Part shown: piece by piece, positions 47,656 through 60,800 of the stretch
Layout: each line of letters begins with the position of its first letter
Numbering within the stretch: the stretch's first letter is position 1
From: Callorhinchus milii
Lineage: Eukaryota
Direction of reading: 5' to 3'
Assembly (NCBI RefSeq): GCF_018977255.1
Contig: NW_024704758.1
Span: 3,906,001 to 3,970,000, forward strand
Length of the DNA stretch: 64,000 nucleotides
The notes under the pieces: model-generated
The model's input: only the letters and a program-made list of their open reading frames with translations
The model's database searches: none
Told to the model about the DNA's origin: nothing
Program-made: the position numbers and the translations under genes

Positions 47656-50600
47656 TGTACACAGGCTCCATGTTACATGTAAAGGCTCGGCTCAGCAGGT
47701 GGTAACTGATCAAATGCGGGTTTCTGTCCTGGTTCATGCTAGATGGAAGTTTAGTTAGTTTAACCCCTTGGGTGCTGCCAACAAGGTTTGAATGGCACTC
47801 AGCTTGTTATGCTAACATATAGTCTGGCTGGGCACTCAGTATTGGCCTCGGTAAGAGTAACAGTTTGATCTGGTCACACCAATGATACAACCAAGAGTTT
47901 TACTCTGTCTCTAACCTGTGCTGTCGCTGACCTGGGAGTGTGGACTGATAGTGTGGATGAAGGAAGCTTTACTCTGTATATATCTAGTGCACAAATTGAC
48001 TTAAGTACTATGCTGTTATTGAACTTGATGGCAATGTAGACATCTTGCCATTAAAAGGAGTACAGTGTAGAACAACCAGATTAATAGTTGGATCCAGCAG
48101 GTTACCAGGAGAGCTCTAGAGTTGGGATTTTCAAACTGAAGTGTACAGGATACCGAAGGAAATATAGAGAATATGGACACTATATAAATCTGTTTCATTT
48201 TCCCATTTTCTCCTTTCTTCCCGAAGACGCTGACTTTCAGTTGCACAGCCGCCAAGTGCCCAAGTATCCGTACTTCACATGTGAGCAGGTTGGTGAGTGT
48301 CGGCAAACAAGAATTGGCCGGGTGGGGATGGGGTCACAGCTGACAGGTTACCCTTAATACTTATGTAATTCTGCCCTCATCTGAGTGACTCTGAATCAGG
48401 AACAGAAACTTAGCTAATGTTCCCCTCTCAATGGGCACTGAGACTCCCTGTGAAGTCCGCTGATAGAACGGACCTGAGACCTTCTTTGTGCAGTGATGTG
48501 ATTGAGGTGCGTAAAATAATGAAAGGAATTGACAAGTTAGATCGGGGACGACTCTGGCAGAGAGAAAGTAACCAAATCGGGGGGTAGGGGCTAGATTTAA
48601 ATCCAGACTGAAGACAACTTTAACTTGAGGTCGGGAAGCTTGTCACTGTGAAGATGTGGAATGTTCTATCCCAGAAACTGTAGAGTCTGGGAACTGGATG
48701 GAGCGAGCGCTGGTCTGCTCCTGCCTGTGGTTGTTGTGGGCTCAGTGTCTTACAGAAGGTAAAATGTACAAATGACAGTGTGCTTTTCACCTTGTATTTT
48801 GTAGATTATTGGAACAAGGGACTGTTCGCCACCTCATCAAACACATTCCGGGAGGATTATTCAGAGTTTTGTGCGTTAGGAATGGGAAAAAATCCACTGA
48901 CAGCTGCTGAGAACATTAAGCACACAAATTTTATACATTTCCTGAAAGATTTGTTGGGGGGGAGGGGGGCGGGGGTGGGAGAAACGAGAGAGAATAGGTG
49001 ATGTAAACCCTTTGCTTATTATATATAAGGATCATGCATGCTGTTCTTTCAGATAAACTTCTTTGTCACTTTATTATGAACCCCTTTGGCTTCTCGAACC
49101 CTCCACATCCCAGCTCCCAGCGCTTCATGCCGGTGCAGATCTAGCTGTTACACAGCTCTGCTGTTCCTCAAGGCTGGGTCCACAGTGTTCCAGTGCACAG
49201 CTGCTGTCACACCATCTAGATTCTTCCCGCTCAAAGCAAGTGAAAGCCCTCAAGTGAAAGATGGTCCTCACTGGCAAGCTATGGTTAGACTCCAGCAGCT
49301 ATCTCAACCACACATGTTGGAGTCCCCAAGCCTTGGCTCTTACAAACCTGCACCTATTACTCTCTTATACCCCTTATTAGGTAAGCAGGGTATGTTCCTC
49401 TAGGGAGAGATTGTGTATTCCATTCCAGAAACAAGCAAGTGTCTATGTAGATGATATAGATATGTGGAACTCTCAGTTTGGTTTGGAAGCTCTTTAGTAT
49501 AGTGATGGGTTTCTCCATGTGTCAGACACCCGCTGAGCAGAAAATAAACCACCACAGAGGTTTAGAACCCACCCTAACTCTGTATTCACCTTTCACCTGT
49601 GGGACCTGGGTACAGACACTGGTTCAGTGGCAGAGGCAATACATTTCCTTGATAAAATAGATGATTTCTCACCGAGCTTCCACCTGCACAACAGAAAAAT
49701 CTTTCACTGACCTGTGTGTTTCTTTATCTCGATAAATTTCCAGATCAGATAACCGATCAGGGAGGAGCACTGCTTTTATACCAGCCTTTTTTATACATCT
49801 ATTTTGTATTAAATAAATCAGCCTATTTTTTCTATTCAAGGTTTTTAATGCTTGTCACAATAAAATATTTTTTATCTCTTGTATCTTTGCTACAGCATTA
49901 CTATTACACTGGTTATTACTGAGCACCTCATAAACATGAGCCTGGCAGCAACTTCCAGTGTCTTTGAGACTGTTTTGATATTAATACAGTTTACAAAAGT
50001 AATTCTTTCATGTGATACAGCGTCTTTCACATCCGGAGAAAGTCTCAAAGCTTCACAAAGTTCAGTGACTGTGTATTTGGTAGATGAAACACCGAGGTTT
50101 CAGGGTGGGTCTGCTCTTTTTACAGGTGAGTGATCTTTACTGTTTGGGTTTATATTGGGTTCACTTTTTTACTCTGCCTCTTTTCATTATGGAAACCGAT
50201 AATTTTATCACTGGATTATAATTCCAATTATATTCTAATTAATATAATTAAAATATATTATAATAATTAGAATAATAATCCTTTCATTTAATATAGTGCC
50301 TGCCTAAAAATGTTGCAAAGTGCTTCAGTATCTTAAATTAATGACTGTATTTGTAGGTGAATTTGGCAGCCAATTTGGGCACAAAAATTCCACAAACAGC
50401 CATGAAGTGAGTGACCAATTTTATTTGGGGAATTGTTGACCAGGACACCGGGAGGAAACTCCCTTCTCTTTTTAAGTAGTGTCGTGGAATCTTTAACATC
50501 CACCTGAACAGGCAGACAGGGCATCAGTTTGTCTCATCAGAAGGATGGTTAATCACACTTTCCAGCTCTTTTCACAAATCCCAAGAGATTTTCACTTCTC

Positions 50601-51070
50601 AGCTGCTTATCCAGGACCCTTTTGAATAATTCTCTCTCTTCTTGCCCGGTGATGTTTTGTAGCCAATGGTATCAACGGACGGAAGCCACCCTCTGTTAAT
50701 ATAGCCAAGTTCCTGTTCTCCATGGGACGCTGGACAGCAAGTATTCAAAAGTGAAGCAGGTCACAGTTAAGCCTAAAACTGTTAGATCTCTGTGGTGGTA
50801 AAGGAGTTAGATCTCAGTGATGTGGTACAAGAGCAGAGTGTCAACCCCTGACCATATGGATGGCTTTTAGAATAAGGGAAAAACGCATGATTTTATCTTA
50901 ACAATTAACACATCCAACTCCCTGTGACTTGCATGCTTTATCGCTCTCACCGCGACACTTGTGCCAATCAATGCACTCAGGATAGGGTAAGAATACACAC
51001 AATTGTGGCTCTCTTAGCAAGGCATTTAAATAAAATAGTCCGGAACCATAGGTTGACTAACTGAGCCAGG

Positions 51071-54000
51071 TCAGTGCTTGTTCTCGAAGAGATACTCCAG
51101 GTCAGGCTGACCCACTCTCTGCTCCATGTTGTGGTTTTTGGTGAAATCCTTAAGCAGGGTCATGACTTCGCTATCAAATTCAGGAGGAGTTTGTTTTGTT
51201 TCTGGTCGGGGAGGAGGGTAAGAGTGAGGAACAAATGTAGAAAAATCAAAGATCACAAAACCGTATACCACAGAGCAGCCAAGTTGTGAAGAGGCATGTC
51301 TTGAGAAATTGCTGGGTGCAATGAGACCAGCCTGCTCACGGCAGAGGATTTTAATACTTTAGACCTTAAAGTTACAAAGTTATAGGTTCTGGTCAGCAGG
51401 AGGACTATTCAAGGCTGATTCCACCTTGTACAGTACTTCCTTGGCTCAAGGAAAGGGCTAACACATGCCGTATTTGGTTTGGGGCCAGACCAGTGTATAA
51501 TTGCAATTTACATTTATACAGTGCCTTTCACATCGGAAGGACATCTCATAACACTTTACACTGCTGACTGAGCACCTGAGTCAGCATAATAATTTTACAT
51601 TTGGTATAGTGCCTTTCATGTCAGGATGATGTCCAAAAGCGTTCCACAGGATTTACTGTAAAGGGCAGTGCCTGTGGTTCATAGGCAAACACAGCAGCCA
51701 ATTTGCCCACAGCAATATCCCACGAACAATCATTGAGTGAGTGAGTCATTTTTTTATTTGGGGGACTGTTTACCAGGAGAGATCTTTAATGTCCACCTGA
51801 ACAGGCAGAAGGCCTCAGTTTAATGTCTCAAACGAAGGACAGCAGTTCTAACAATACACATCCCCAGCCCTTTATTGGAGTATATGAGTTCCAAGGCCTG
51901 ACGTGAGACTTGAAATCACAACGGCGAATGCTATCAATTGAGCCAGGCTGGTTGTGGGGGGAGCTGAAGAGGGTAGTGGTTTGGGGACGTGGTGGGGGGA
52001 GGGTTGAAAGATGATCAAAAGTGCAGCCAAAGAGGCAAGTCTTGAGACAGGCTTTGAAAGTGGGGAGGGATGGGGCGAGAAGGAAGGGCAGTGAAGTGGA
52101 AGAACTCGGGGATAGAGTTCCAGATGATATGTTGAAACAACAATAACCTTGTTTAGTTTAGGAGCTGATAGCTGGAATTGAACCTACCTGTTGCCCAATA
52201 GTAGATGTCCCAGTCATTGCTGGGTTGGTTGATCAGTTTATCGTACAGACTCAGCTGCTTCTCACTCATGGTATTCAGATACTCCTTGGCAAAAAGGCTG
52301 AAATATCATCATCACAAACAATGTCAGCACCTCTTCTGGTTAAAAAGGGAAGGAGCTCAATTTTTCTTCGTGTTCAAAGATAAAAGCAATGCAGAATGAT
52401 GATTTATCATGTTGGCAAATAGCCTATTACTCATGTCAATGTACATTCAGTTCTGGGAAGCTTTCAGTGTACTACTATAATAATAATCCTTACATTTGAT
52501 ATAGCGCCTTATCACAGCATTGCGATGTCTCAAAGCGCTTCACAGAATAAGTGGAGTGATTATGGTATTTTGTGGGTGAAACTCGACTGCCAATTGCTCA
52601 CAACAGTGTCCCACAAACAGTCGTGGAGTGAATGCCCCAAATTATTTTTTTGTACTGACACTTCAGGAGGGAGGTCATGTAGTTATGTGACTCTCGGAGT
52701 CAGAGACTCGGGGGTCAAAGGGTTACAGGGCATAGGACCTGCGGGTCAGGGGGTTACAAGAGACGGGGACTTGGGGACAATGGGTCCCAGAGGATGAGGA
52801 TGGGGAGGGATGAAGGGTAAGTGCTGGGGATTGTGCTCCACTCACACCTCAGGATGATGCCATTCTCCAGCATTCCCCGTTTGCGGCTCTCGTACAGCAG
52901 ACGTGCTCGCTTCGTGTGAAGGGGCTCATTGATCCGCTCTTCCCATGGAGGCAGCAAAATATCAGTTATATCTTTCATGCTGTCATCGGGGGTATCACCG
53001 CGATAGGCCCGCACAGAGCATGCTCCGAGCAGGGTCCGGGCCACCCTCGGTCTGCACACAGTCACAACCTGTGGGAGAGAAAGGGGCAGTTTGAATCCTT
53101 TCCGTGTTAATTCCTGTCCAGCCACCTAAAGCTCCCACTGTTTGCTTTTTCGATCAGTAAAGGTCCACTGATGGGAACTTGTTTTCTGTTTTTTCAAATC
53201 TGTATTGTTTCCTCCACGGATTTGCTGTTCTGCCAATCGTCAAGAATTTTCTCCCTGTTCTTTAGAGTTCGGGAAATTTTGCTTCGATCAACATCAAACT
53301 CAGCTACAACTGGCTTCTGACTTTCTTTACTTTCTGAACTCTTTTTAAAACGTTAACCCATTGAGTTAAAGTAAGCATTATAATAATAATATAATAATAA
53401 TCCTTGCATTTGATATAGCGCTTTTCACGTCGGGAGGACGTCCCAAAGCGCTTCACAGAACACACTGTAAAGTGAATTGACTGTATATTTGTGGGCGAAC
53501 GCGGCAGCCAATTGCGCACAGCAATGTCCCACAAACAGTCGTAGATTGAAAATGACCAATTTATTATTGTTTTTGGTTTTGGAGGGATTATTATTAGGCT
53601 CTGTGTGGAGTAAGGAAACTTGCCCGAGGTTTCGCCCTCTGCCTGGAATTGAACTCAGGTCTCTCACTTGCAAAGCGAGTGCTCTAACCACTGAGCTACA
53701 GGACTCCGAAAGGCACCATAACTGCAAGTCAAACCGTTCGTGGTCGGGCGGTCAACTGCTCAACTAACTACACCGGTGCGAATGAAATGGAACTGGCCAT
53801 CTTTCAATGCAATTATGCGAATTATGCAATTATCAGATGTGCATTTGCGTGGAATTAAGTGGAGCGCTCTGTCCTGCCACAGGATCTTTAACGTTCACCT
53901 GAGAACGGGCACAGGCGGGAGCTGGGTGTAACGTCTCATCCAAAGATTAGCGCCCGGCTCCCCCCCCCAGCCCGGCTCCCCCAGCCCGGCTCCCCCCCCC

Positions 54001-54644
54001 GCCCGGCTCCCCCCCCCGCCCGGCTCCCCCCCCCGCCCGGCTCCCCCCCCGCCCGGCTCCCCCCCCCCGCCCGGCTCCCCCCCCCCGCCCGGCTCCCCCC
54101 GCAACTCCCCCCGCAGCCCGGCTCCCCGCCCGCAGCCCGGCTCCCCCCCGCAGCCCGGCTCCCCCCGCAGCCCGGCTCCCCCCCGCAGCCCGGCTCCCCC
54201 CGCAGCCCGGCTCCCCCCCGCAGCCCGGCTCCCCCCCGCAGCCCGGCTCCCCCCCGCAGCCCGGCTCCCCCCCGCAGCCCGGCTCCCCCCCGCAGCCCGG
54301 CTCCCCCCCGCAGCCCGGCTCCCCCCCCAGCCCGGCTCCCCCCCCAGCCCGGCTCCCCCCCCAGCCCGGCTCCCCCCCCAGCCCGGCTCCCCCGCAGCCC
54401 GGCTCCCCCGCAGCCCGGCTCCCCCCGCAGCCCGGCCCGGCTCCCCGCCCCCAGCCCGGCTCCCCCGCCCCCAGCCCGGCTCCCCCCCCCCCAGCCCGGC
54501 TCCCCCCCCCCCAGCCCGGCTCCCCCCCCCCAGCCCGGCTCCCCGCTCCCCGACCTGTGAGGTTTGAACCCACAACCTTCTGCCTTAGAGACCAGATCAG
54601 CTAATGCTGCGCTGACTGTCACTCACTCTCCTCCACACCGACAT
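51071..54644 (-). CDS. SDHAF2: succinate dehydrogenase assembly factor 2, mitochondrial, 159 aa
   Basis: Join 54627-54644, 52848-53068, 52188-52297, 51071-51201 (480 nt), GT-AG. Contains [44 protein letters not shown] and PDLEYLFE. The 18-nt first exon (MSVWRR) is the least certain part. Confidence 0.93.
53380..53707 (-). mobile_element. young full-length tRNA-derived SINE
   Basis: Reverse complement of the 19764 family. Confidence 0.92.
53951..54550. repeat. GC-rich minisatellite, unit about 17-18 bp (cagcccggctcccccc(c)g), in SDHAF2 intron 1
   Basis: About 30 tandem copies are directly visible. Confidence 0.95.
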
Positions 54645-54873
54645 CTTGGGAGCTGAGGCGGGTGGTGTCACACCGTAACCCGGAGCATTAACGGTGGGAC
54701 ACCACCGCCCCCCCCCCCACGGGGGCGCCAATTGGTCAGGTCCTGAAGCGGAAGCACAAGTGCGGTCCGTCCCCGGACTGTGTCCGGGTGTCGCACGCGG
54801 TTCTGGTCCGTCCCCGCAGCCGGTCCGGGTGTGTAATTGTCCGGGTGGCGGCGGCGCTGCTGCGAGAGCGGGA
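54645..54873. promoter_or_regulatory. bidirectional SDHAF2/CPSF7 promoter within a CpG island
   Basis: Only 229 nt separate the divergent ATGs. Contains CCAAT/ATTGG (gccaattgg) and ETS-like GCGGAAG. The CpG island extends to about 55300. Confidence 0.78.
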
Positions 54874-57800
54874 ATGGCCGAGGGCGCGGATCTCATCGAC
54901 ATTTACGCGGATGAGGAGTTTAATCAGGTGGGTGAGCGGCGGCCGCGGTGGGTGGAGGACGGGGGGCGGCAGCGACGGGGGTCTCAGGCCCGGGGTTGGC
55001 CCAGACGGAGCGCGAGGCCGCGGCTGTGGCGCAGGCCTCAAGGCCGCGAACTCGAGTGATGGGGTGGCCCGGCCTGGCCCGCCCCTCCCCCCCCCCCGAG
55101 CCGAAGGAGTGGGGGTGGGGGGCTTTCCGGGGGCCGGAGCGGCCCGGAGCTGGAGCCCTGGGTGGTTGTGTCCCAGCGCTGGCCTCGGAACACACTCGAG
55201 CCCGGGGATTCGGGGCCTAAGACGAGTCCTCGGGGCAGATCATCATTTGTGGAGCCGCGACGCCCAGTTTGCCCCCAGTCGAGGCCGAGGCTCGAAATAT
55301 ATTTGTTGAACAGGAATTTTGTGCGTGTGTGTGTGTGTGTTATTAGGAAAACAGTTCATGTGAAATAACATTTCTCTCGGTTTTCCCCGAGCTCCAGGGG
55401 AGAGCAGGGAACCATTTCATCCACTTAAACCCACAGCCATCCAGCGCCTCACGTACAGGTTTGGTCCAAAAATATCTCCCTGAATCAGCCAAGACTTTGA
55501 GGTGTGGAAGAGGTGCAGAAATTAGTGGCCACCATCTCACACATGGGTATCGTACCCTCTTGGGAGAGGCTTCGTTTTATTCTTTCCCCCCCCCCCCCCC
55601 CCACCGTATGCACCAAATAAACCCGGAGAGAGCAAAACAATAATAAACAAACGAGGTTCGGCGGATCTCGAGGTTATCTATCTCAATGTAAGGCTTCAAG
55701 TGAAAAATCCCCTGTTCTCTTTTTGTGTGAAAAGAATTCATACTCGACTGGGACACAGTCCGGACTCACTCTGATCCGTATCCCAAGCTTGGATTTGAGA
55801 TGATCTTGCAATTTGATATCGTGCCTACAGCTTCGAACAACAACAACAAAATTCGATTCGTAGAGCGCCTTTCGCGTCGGGAGGAGTCCCAAAGCGCTGA
55901 ACAGTCGGGTGTCGGGGCTCAAGCATGGGGGAGGGGTGAAGGAAGGCAGAGAGGTGGGAGGGAGACCAAAGGCACGGTTGAAGAGAAAGGTCTTGAGACC
56001 GGCCTTGAAGGAGGCAAGGGAGGAAGCGAGGCGAAGGGACCGTGGGATGGAGTTCCAGAGTGTGGGGGCAGAGAGGCTGAAAGCCCGGCCACCGATGGTA
56101 GGGCGGGTCGGGTGGGAGACATGGAGCAGAACGGAGCCCGCTGAATGGAGGGAGCAGGCAGGTGGGTAACAAGTCAGCAGGTCAGAGAGGTAGGAGGGGG
56201 CAAGGCCATGGATGGCCTTAAAGGTGAGGAGGAGGATCTTGAACTCGATCCTCTGAGGGATGGAGAGCCAGTGGAGTTGGGCGAGGGTGGGAGCGATGGG
56301 GTAACGGAGCCTGGTGTGTGAGAGCTGCAGAGTTTTGGATGATCTGCAGCTTGTGAAGGGAAGACTTGGGAAGGCCGATGAGGAAGGAGTTGCTGTAATC
56401 AAGCTGTCAAAGCCATCAAAGCCATCGAAACGTCTCTCGGTGCTTCATATCAATTAGCATCAAGTGTACATTATAGGCAAACACATTTGTACACAGCATG
56501 AGTTGAATATACTGTAAAGCGAATTAACCATATATTTTGTGGGTGAAACGCGACAACCAATTATGAACCCAAGACCCAATGTGGAGCTTGAACTCCAAAC
56601 CTTCTGCCTTGGAGGTTACTACTTTAAGGCGAAGCAATCCTATAGTGCAATTCTTCAAGACTTTTATTCTTGCTGTGACTAGAATTGCTTTATATTATTA
56701 TTATTTATAGAGACTATGAAATGCAGCGGGTTAGCACAGAGAATGCAAAGTCATGGATTGCAAGTCTCTACTGGTCAGTCTCCAAAATGCATTAGAGGAT
56801 TTGCTGAGTACAAAGTACTGCAGCTGGAAGGGGGAGGGGAGAGAGGGGACAGTGAAATTTGTGAGATCAACAATTTACAGAGATGCAATTCTTTCAGATA
56901 TCCTGGAATGTTGCAGCACCATTTGTATTGCTATTTCTCTCCACGTCTGCCACCATTCTTTTAATATTTCTGATCCAGCAAATCAATAAAGAATTCACAT
57001 AACTGGAATGTTTCAAATGGCCAGTATGCCATACTATCTCGTCAATTTCCAAGGCTGTATGCTTTCATTGAATTAGATTAGCTATTATCCATCCTTTGGA
57101 TGAGACGTTAAACTGAGGTCATAAACGGCAGAGAGAAAGTTTCTGAGAGAGGGGGAGAAACGCAACCATCTGCATTGAGTTTAAGGTGGACACGGCTCTA
57201 TTTGAAAACTTTTTCCAGGTGTCTTGGCCAACAGTTTCCCATATAAATCAGGTCATTCATTTCAGTGCTGTTTGTGCAAATTGGCTGCTGTGTTCGCTGT
57301 AAATACTCAGTAACAGCATGTTGCTGTAAACACTAAAGTGTTTTGACATGATAAGCTGCTGTACCAAATACAAGAATTATGATTGTGTAGTTCAGACAAT
57401 GTAGTTTGCAGAACTGAGAAGCCCTGGGTGTCAGCTGCAGATTTGGATTTGCTCTTTCAAAAGTATTCTCCGGAATTGGGTGGATAGGATGCATCCCTTG
57501 AGGCTGAGAGAGTGCATTCCATTCCTATAAATCACTCGGGAATTTCCATGTGTAGGTGGGTTGCAAGGAGCTCTGATTGGTTTGAATACTCTCAGGACTG
57601 GTGATGGGTTTATGCACGTGTCGGACACCCGGCTGACCCTCCCACCAAAAAAATATCGTATCCAAAATGTAAATGGCATACTTACTTGAAACTGACTGGA
57701 TAATATTAGGCACGTTGATGGGTTTCCGCATGTGTTACCCTTACAGTGAATGATTAAGATATTTATATCAAATGAACACCTGTGTAGTCAGCTGTGATGC

Positions 57801-60800
57801 TGTGACTGTGGTTTGTGTAGGAAGTGTGTTGTTTAATATTGGAAGTTGTTGCCTCTGGTTGACTTTGGGGATTTTCCCTCCCTCTGGTTTTAGAGAAATT
57901 AACAGCATGTAAGAAGGTAATTTGGCCCATCATGTCTGTGTCGTCATTATCTGTTTTAAGTCACTGCATTTTATGGAGTGAGCAGCGAGTTTTTTTCTCA
58001 TCACATGGGATGGATCTGAGATTTTGTGATGTAACGATGTGCTTTGCTTGAATTCAGTGTTGGCCTGGCTCAGTTAGCCACACTCTGAGGCAGATGGTTG
58101 TGGGTTCAACTCGGCACTTGAGCTCACAGTCGGGGCTGACATTCCAGTGAAGGGCTGGGGGGAGAGTTGCACTGTGAGCAGCGCCATTGTTCGGATGAGA
58201 TGTTCAATAATACTTGCATTTGATATTGCGCATTTCACATCAGAAGGAAGTCTCGAACTCCCTCGCAAGATATAATGTGTATTTTTTAGGAGAATGCGCT
58301 AGCCAATTTAATGAGAATTGATTAGAATAATAATCCTTGCATTTGATACAGCTCCTGATCAGGTCAAAACTTCTCAATGCTTTTCACAGCAATTGATATT
58401 TTAGTTTCATGATTGTGTTTTGTAGACAAATTCAACAGCCAATTTGCCCACAGCACGACTGAAGCACAAACAGTCAGAGGGGGAATGAGGAATTTATAAG
58501 GGGGAATGTTGGCCAGGACACCGGGAGAGAGAAGATCCCTTCTTTTTTCCAATAGTGAGATGGGATCTTTAGCGTACACCTAAACAGGCAAACAGGACGG
58601 GACCTCAGTTTAAAGTCTCATCGTTAGGAAGGTTCCTTCAATAATGCAGCACCCCCCCTATCGCCCCAACCCCAGCACTGCATTGGATTGTCAGCCTCGA
58701 CTATATAAATTCACAGTCCCAACATGGGGCTTGAACCACAACCTTCTGGCCCAGAGGTGAGAGCGCTACCGCAGAGCCAGGCTTCCCCTTTGAAAGCTGT
58801 TATCAGTTGTGCTGCAATTTCTATTTTCAGTACAAAATTCTGTGTCCTAATGGTCCTGTGTGTAAAATGAAAACCTAACCCCTCCCATGTTTTCGGTGAT
58901 CAAACTGCACCACTTTATAGCAGAAGATAGGTGATTTGGCCTGTTGTGTCGTAGTTACACTTTGAAAGAGCAATACATTCAGTCCTATTGACCTGCCTCC
59001 TCCAGACCCTCAAAACCCATGCTAGTGATTCCGCTAGATATGTATTTAGTTCCCTCTTGAAAGCTAATACGGATTAAATTTGTGTTTTCTCATTCCTGGG
59101 TCATTGATGAGACATCCTCCATTACTACAGTATTTATCGTTACAACCCTCACAGTCTTGTTCAGGTCATCCCTTAAACTTCTCAGCTTGAGAGGGAAAAG
59201 TTGGTTGATGTGTATTTGAGTTGCTGTTCGGAATATCTCTTCCAGGCATTTTTATAGTCGTGCAGTGAGGTTAGGTCGTGGAGCTCCTAGTAACTCGGAG
59301 TAGATGTGAAGCTTAATGAATGAGGTACAGTGTTCGAGGTGCTGCCAACACTAACGGGTGTGTGTTACCTGGTGCGTCTTGTGTTCTGTCATTTTGTTGT
59401 AACTGTGGGGGAGAGGGACAGATTTTGTATCCCTGGTAGGAAAAGAATCCAAGGCTCGAAAGAGCTTTGCAGTTAAGCATCAGACTAGGACTGTTGAAGC
59501 TTGGTCCTTAATTGCCTGCCCCAGTCAATTGCACACACACCTCTGAGTCAGAAGGTTGGGTGTTCAAGTCATAGAGACTGAGCTCACAGTCTAGGCTGAA
59601 ATTCTCCCAGAGCCCAAATAAAATTGGTCACTCACTTCATGGCTGTTGCAAAATACACAGTCTTTACACTTTACACTTTAGGGTAAATCCTGTGAAGCAC
59701 TGTGAGACGTTTTGATGACTTGGATCAGGCACCAGATCAATGTAAGGATTATTGTATTTTAAAAATAAATTAAATGGACGCTCACAGAGAAAGTAAGTGC
59801 AAACTCCTTCACTTCCCTCTCAACCCGGAAGGCGGTTTTTCTGCAGTTTTTAAAAGGAAATGGACTGGATTGTAAACATTTCCCAAACCGCAACAATCTG
59901 AAATGTTACAGCGATGGTTGTAAGGTTGAGGAATTGCGATCCTTGGTTGGCAATGCGAGTCACAGCTGTCTGAAACTTCAGCTGAAGCTCCTCAACGTCT
60001 GAGTTTTCTAGTTACAGTCTCCATGTGCGATACGCAAAGAGGGGTTGGGGAACCCCCACAGCACTTCTGAACGTAGCCTCAATAGCACATTTCCTTTATG
60101 GAATGGGGCTCCAGTTGGTCAATTGCATACTATTCGGGTCTGGCTGGAACTTCCTAGGGTTGGGGTCAGTCACATAGATTTGGTGTACCTCTCTCCTCCT
60201 CCCAGCGTTCAGAGTAAAACATCCCGTTCCCTTTCAGGAGACTGATTATGTTGCTAACGATCAGATTGACCTGTACGATGACGTGATCACGCCAGGGGAT
60301 GGCAACGCACACGATGGGCCGAGTTACGATGAGATAATCCCGCGGGCGGCGGGGGAGCCCCAGAAATCGGACAACGCAAGGCCCACCATTGTCTACACAT
60401 ACGGAGGAAAACGACAGGCCGTCTACGTGGGAAACCTTACCTGGGTCAGTGTTCCAACTCCTAGACATTTTCCGAGAGGCCTAGAATTTTTTTCTCTCCT
60501 TATTCCCTGAGAGCAGTAGCCTGAACATGAATACTGTACATAACATTATAAAGAGTCATTTCAGGTCAATGAACCCAACCCTCTGGTTATAATTGGCCAC
60601 AAAGCCCAAGTGGCTGGCCTGGTGTCACTTTCTGCTTGCTTGTCATGCTATAAAATGGCTGACTTCCGTACCACAATCACTTCCTGCATAGATTGTATAG
60701 GAAGTTATGGCTGTGACCTGACAACCTGCACCTCACAATGTTTAGCACGCAAGAGTCCAACTGGTCCGTGCAAAATTAACCACAAGTCAACAGAAAGGTC

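Noticed and set aside
47890-47985. Two-unit remnant (gagttttactctgtctctaacctgtgctgt...gaagctttactctgtatat)
   Set aside because: It resembles a short degenerate tandem-repeat relic, too short to classify or to support a function.
53895-54622. Gly-rich ORFs of 208-228 aa and a CRISPR-like periodic appearance
   Set aside because: Simple tandem VNTR with no unique spacers and no cas genes, in a vertebrate intron.
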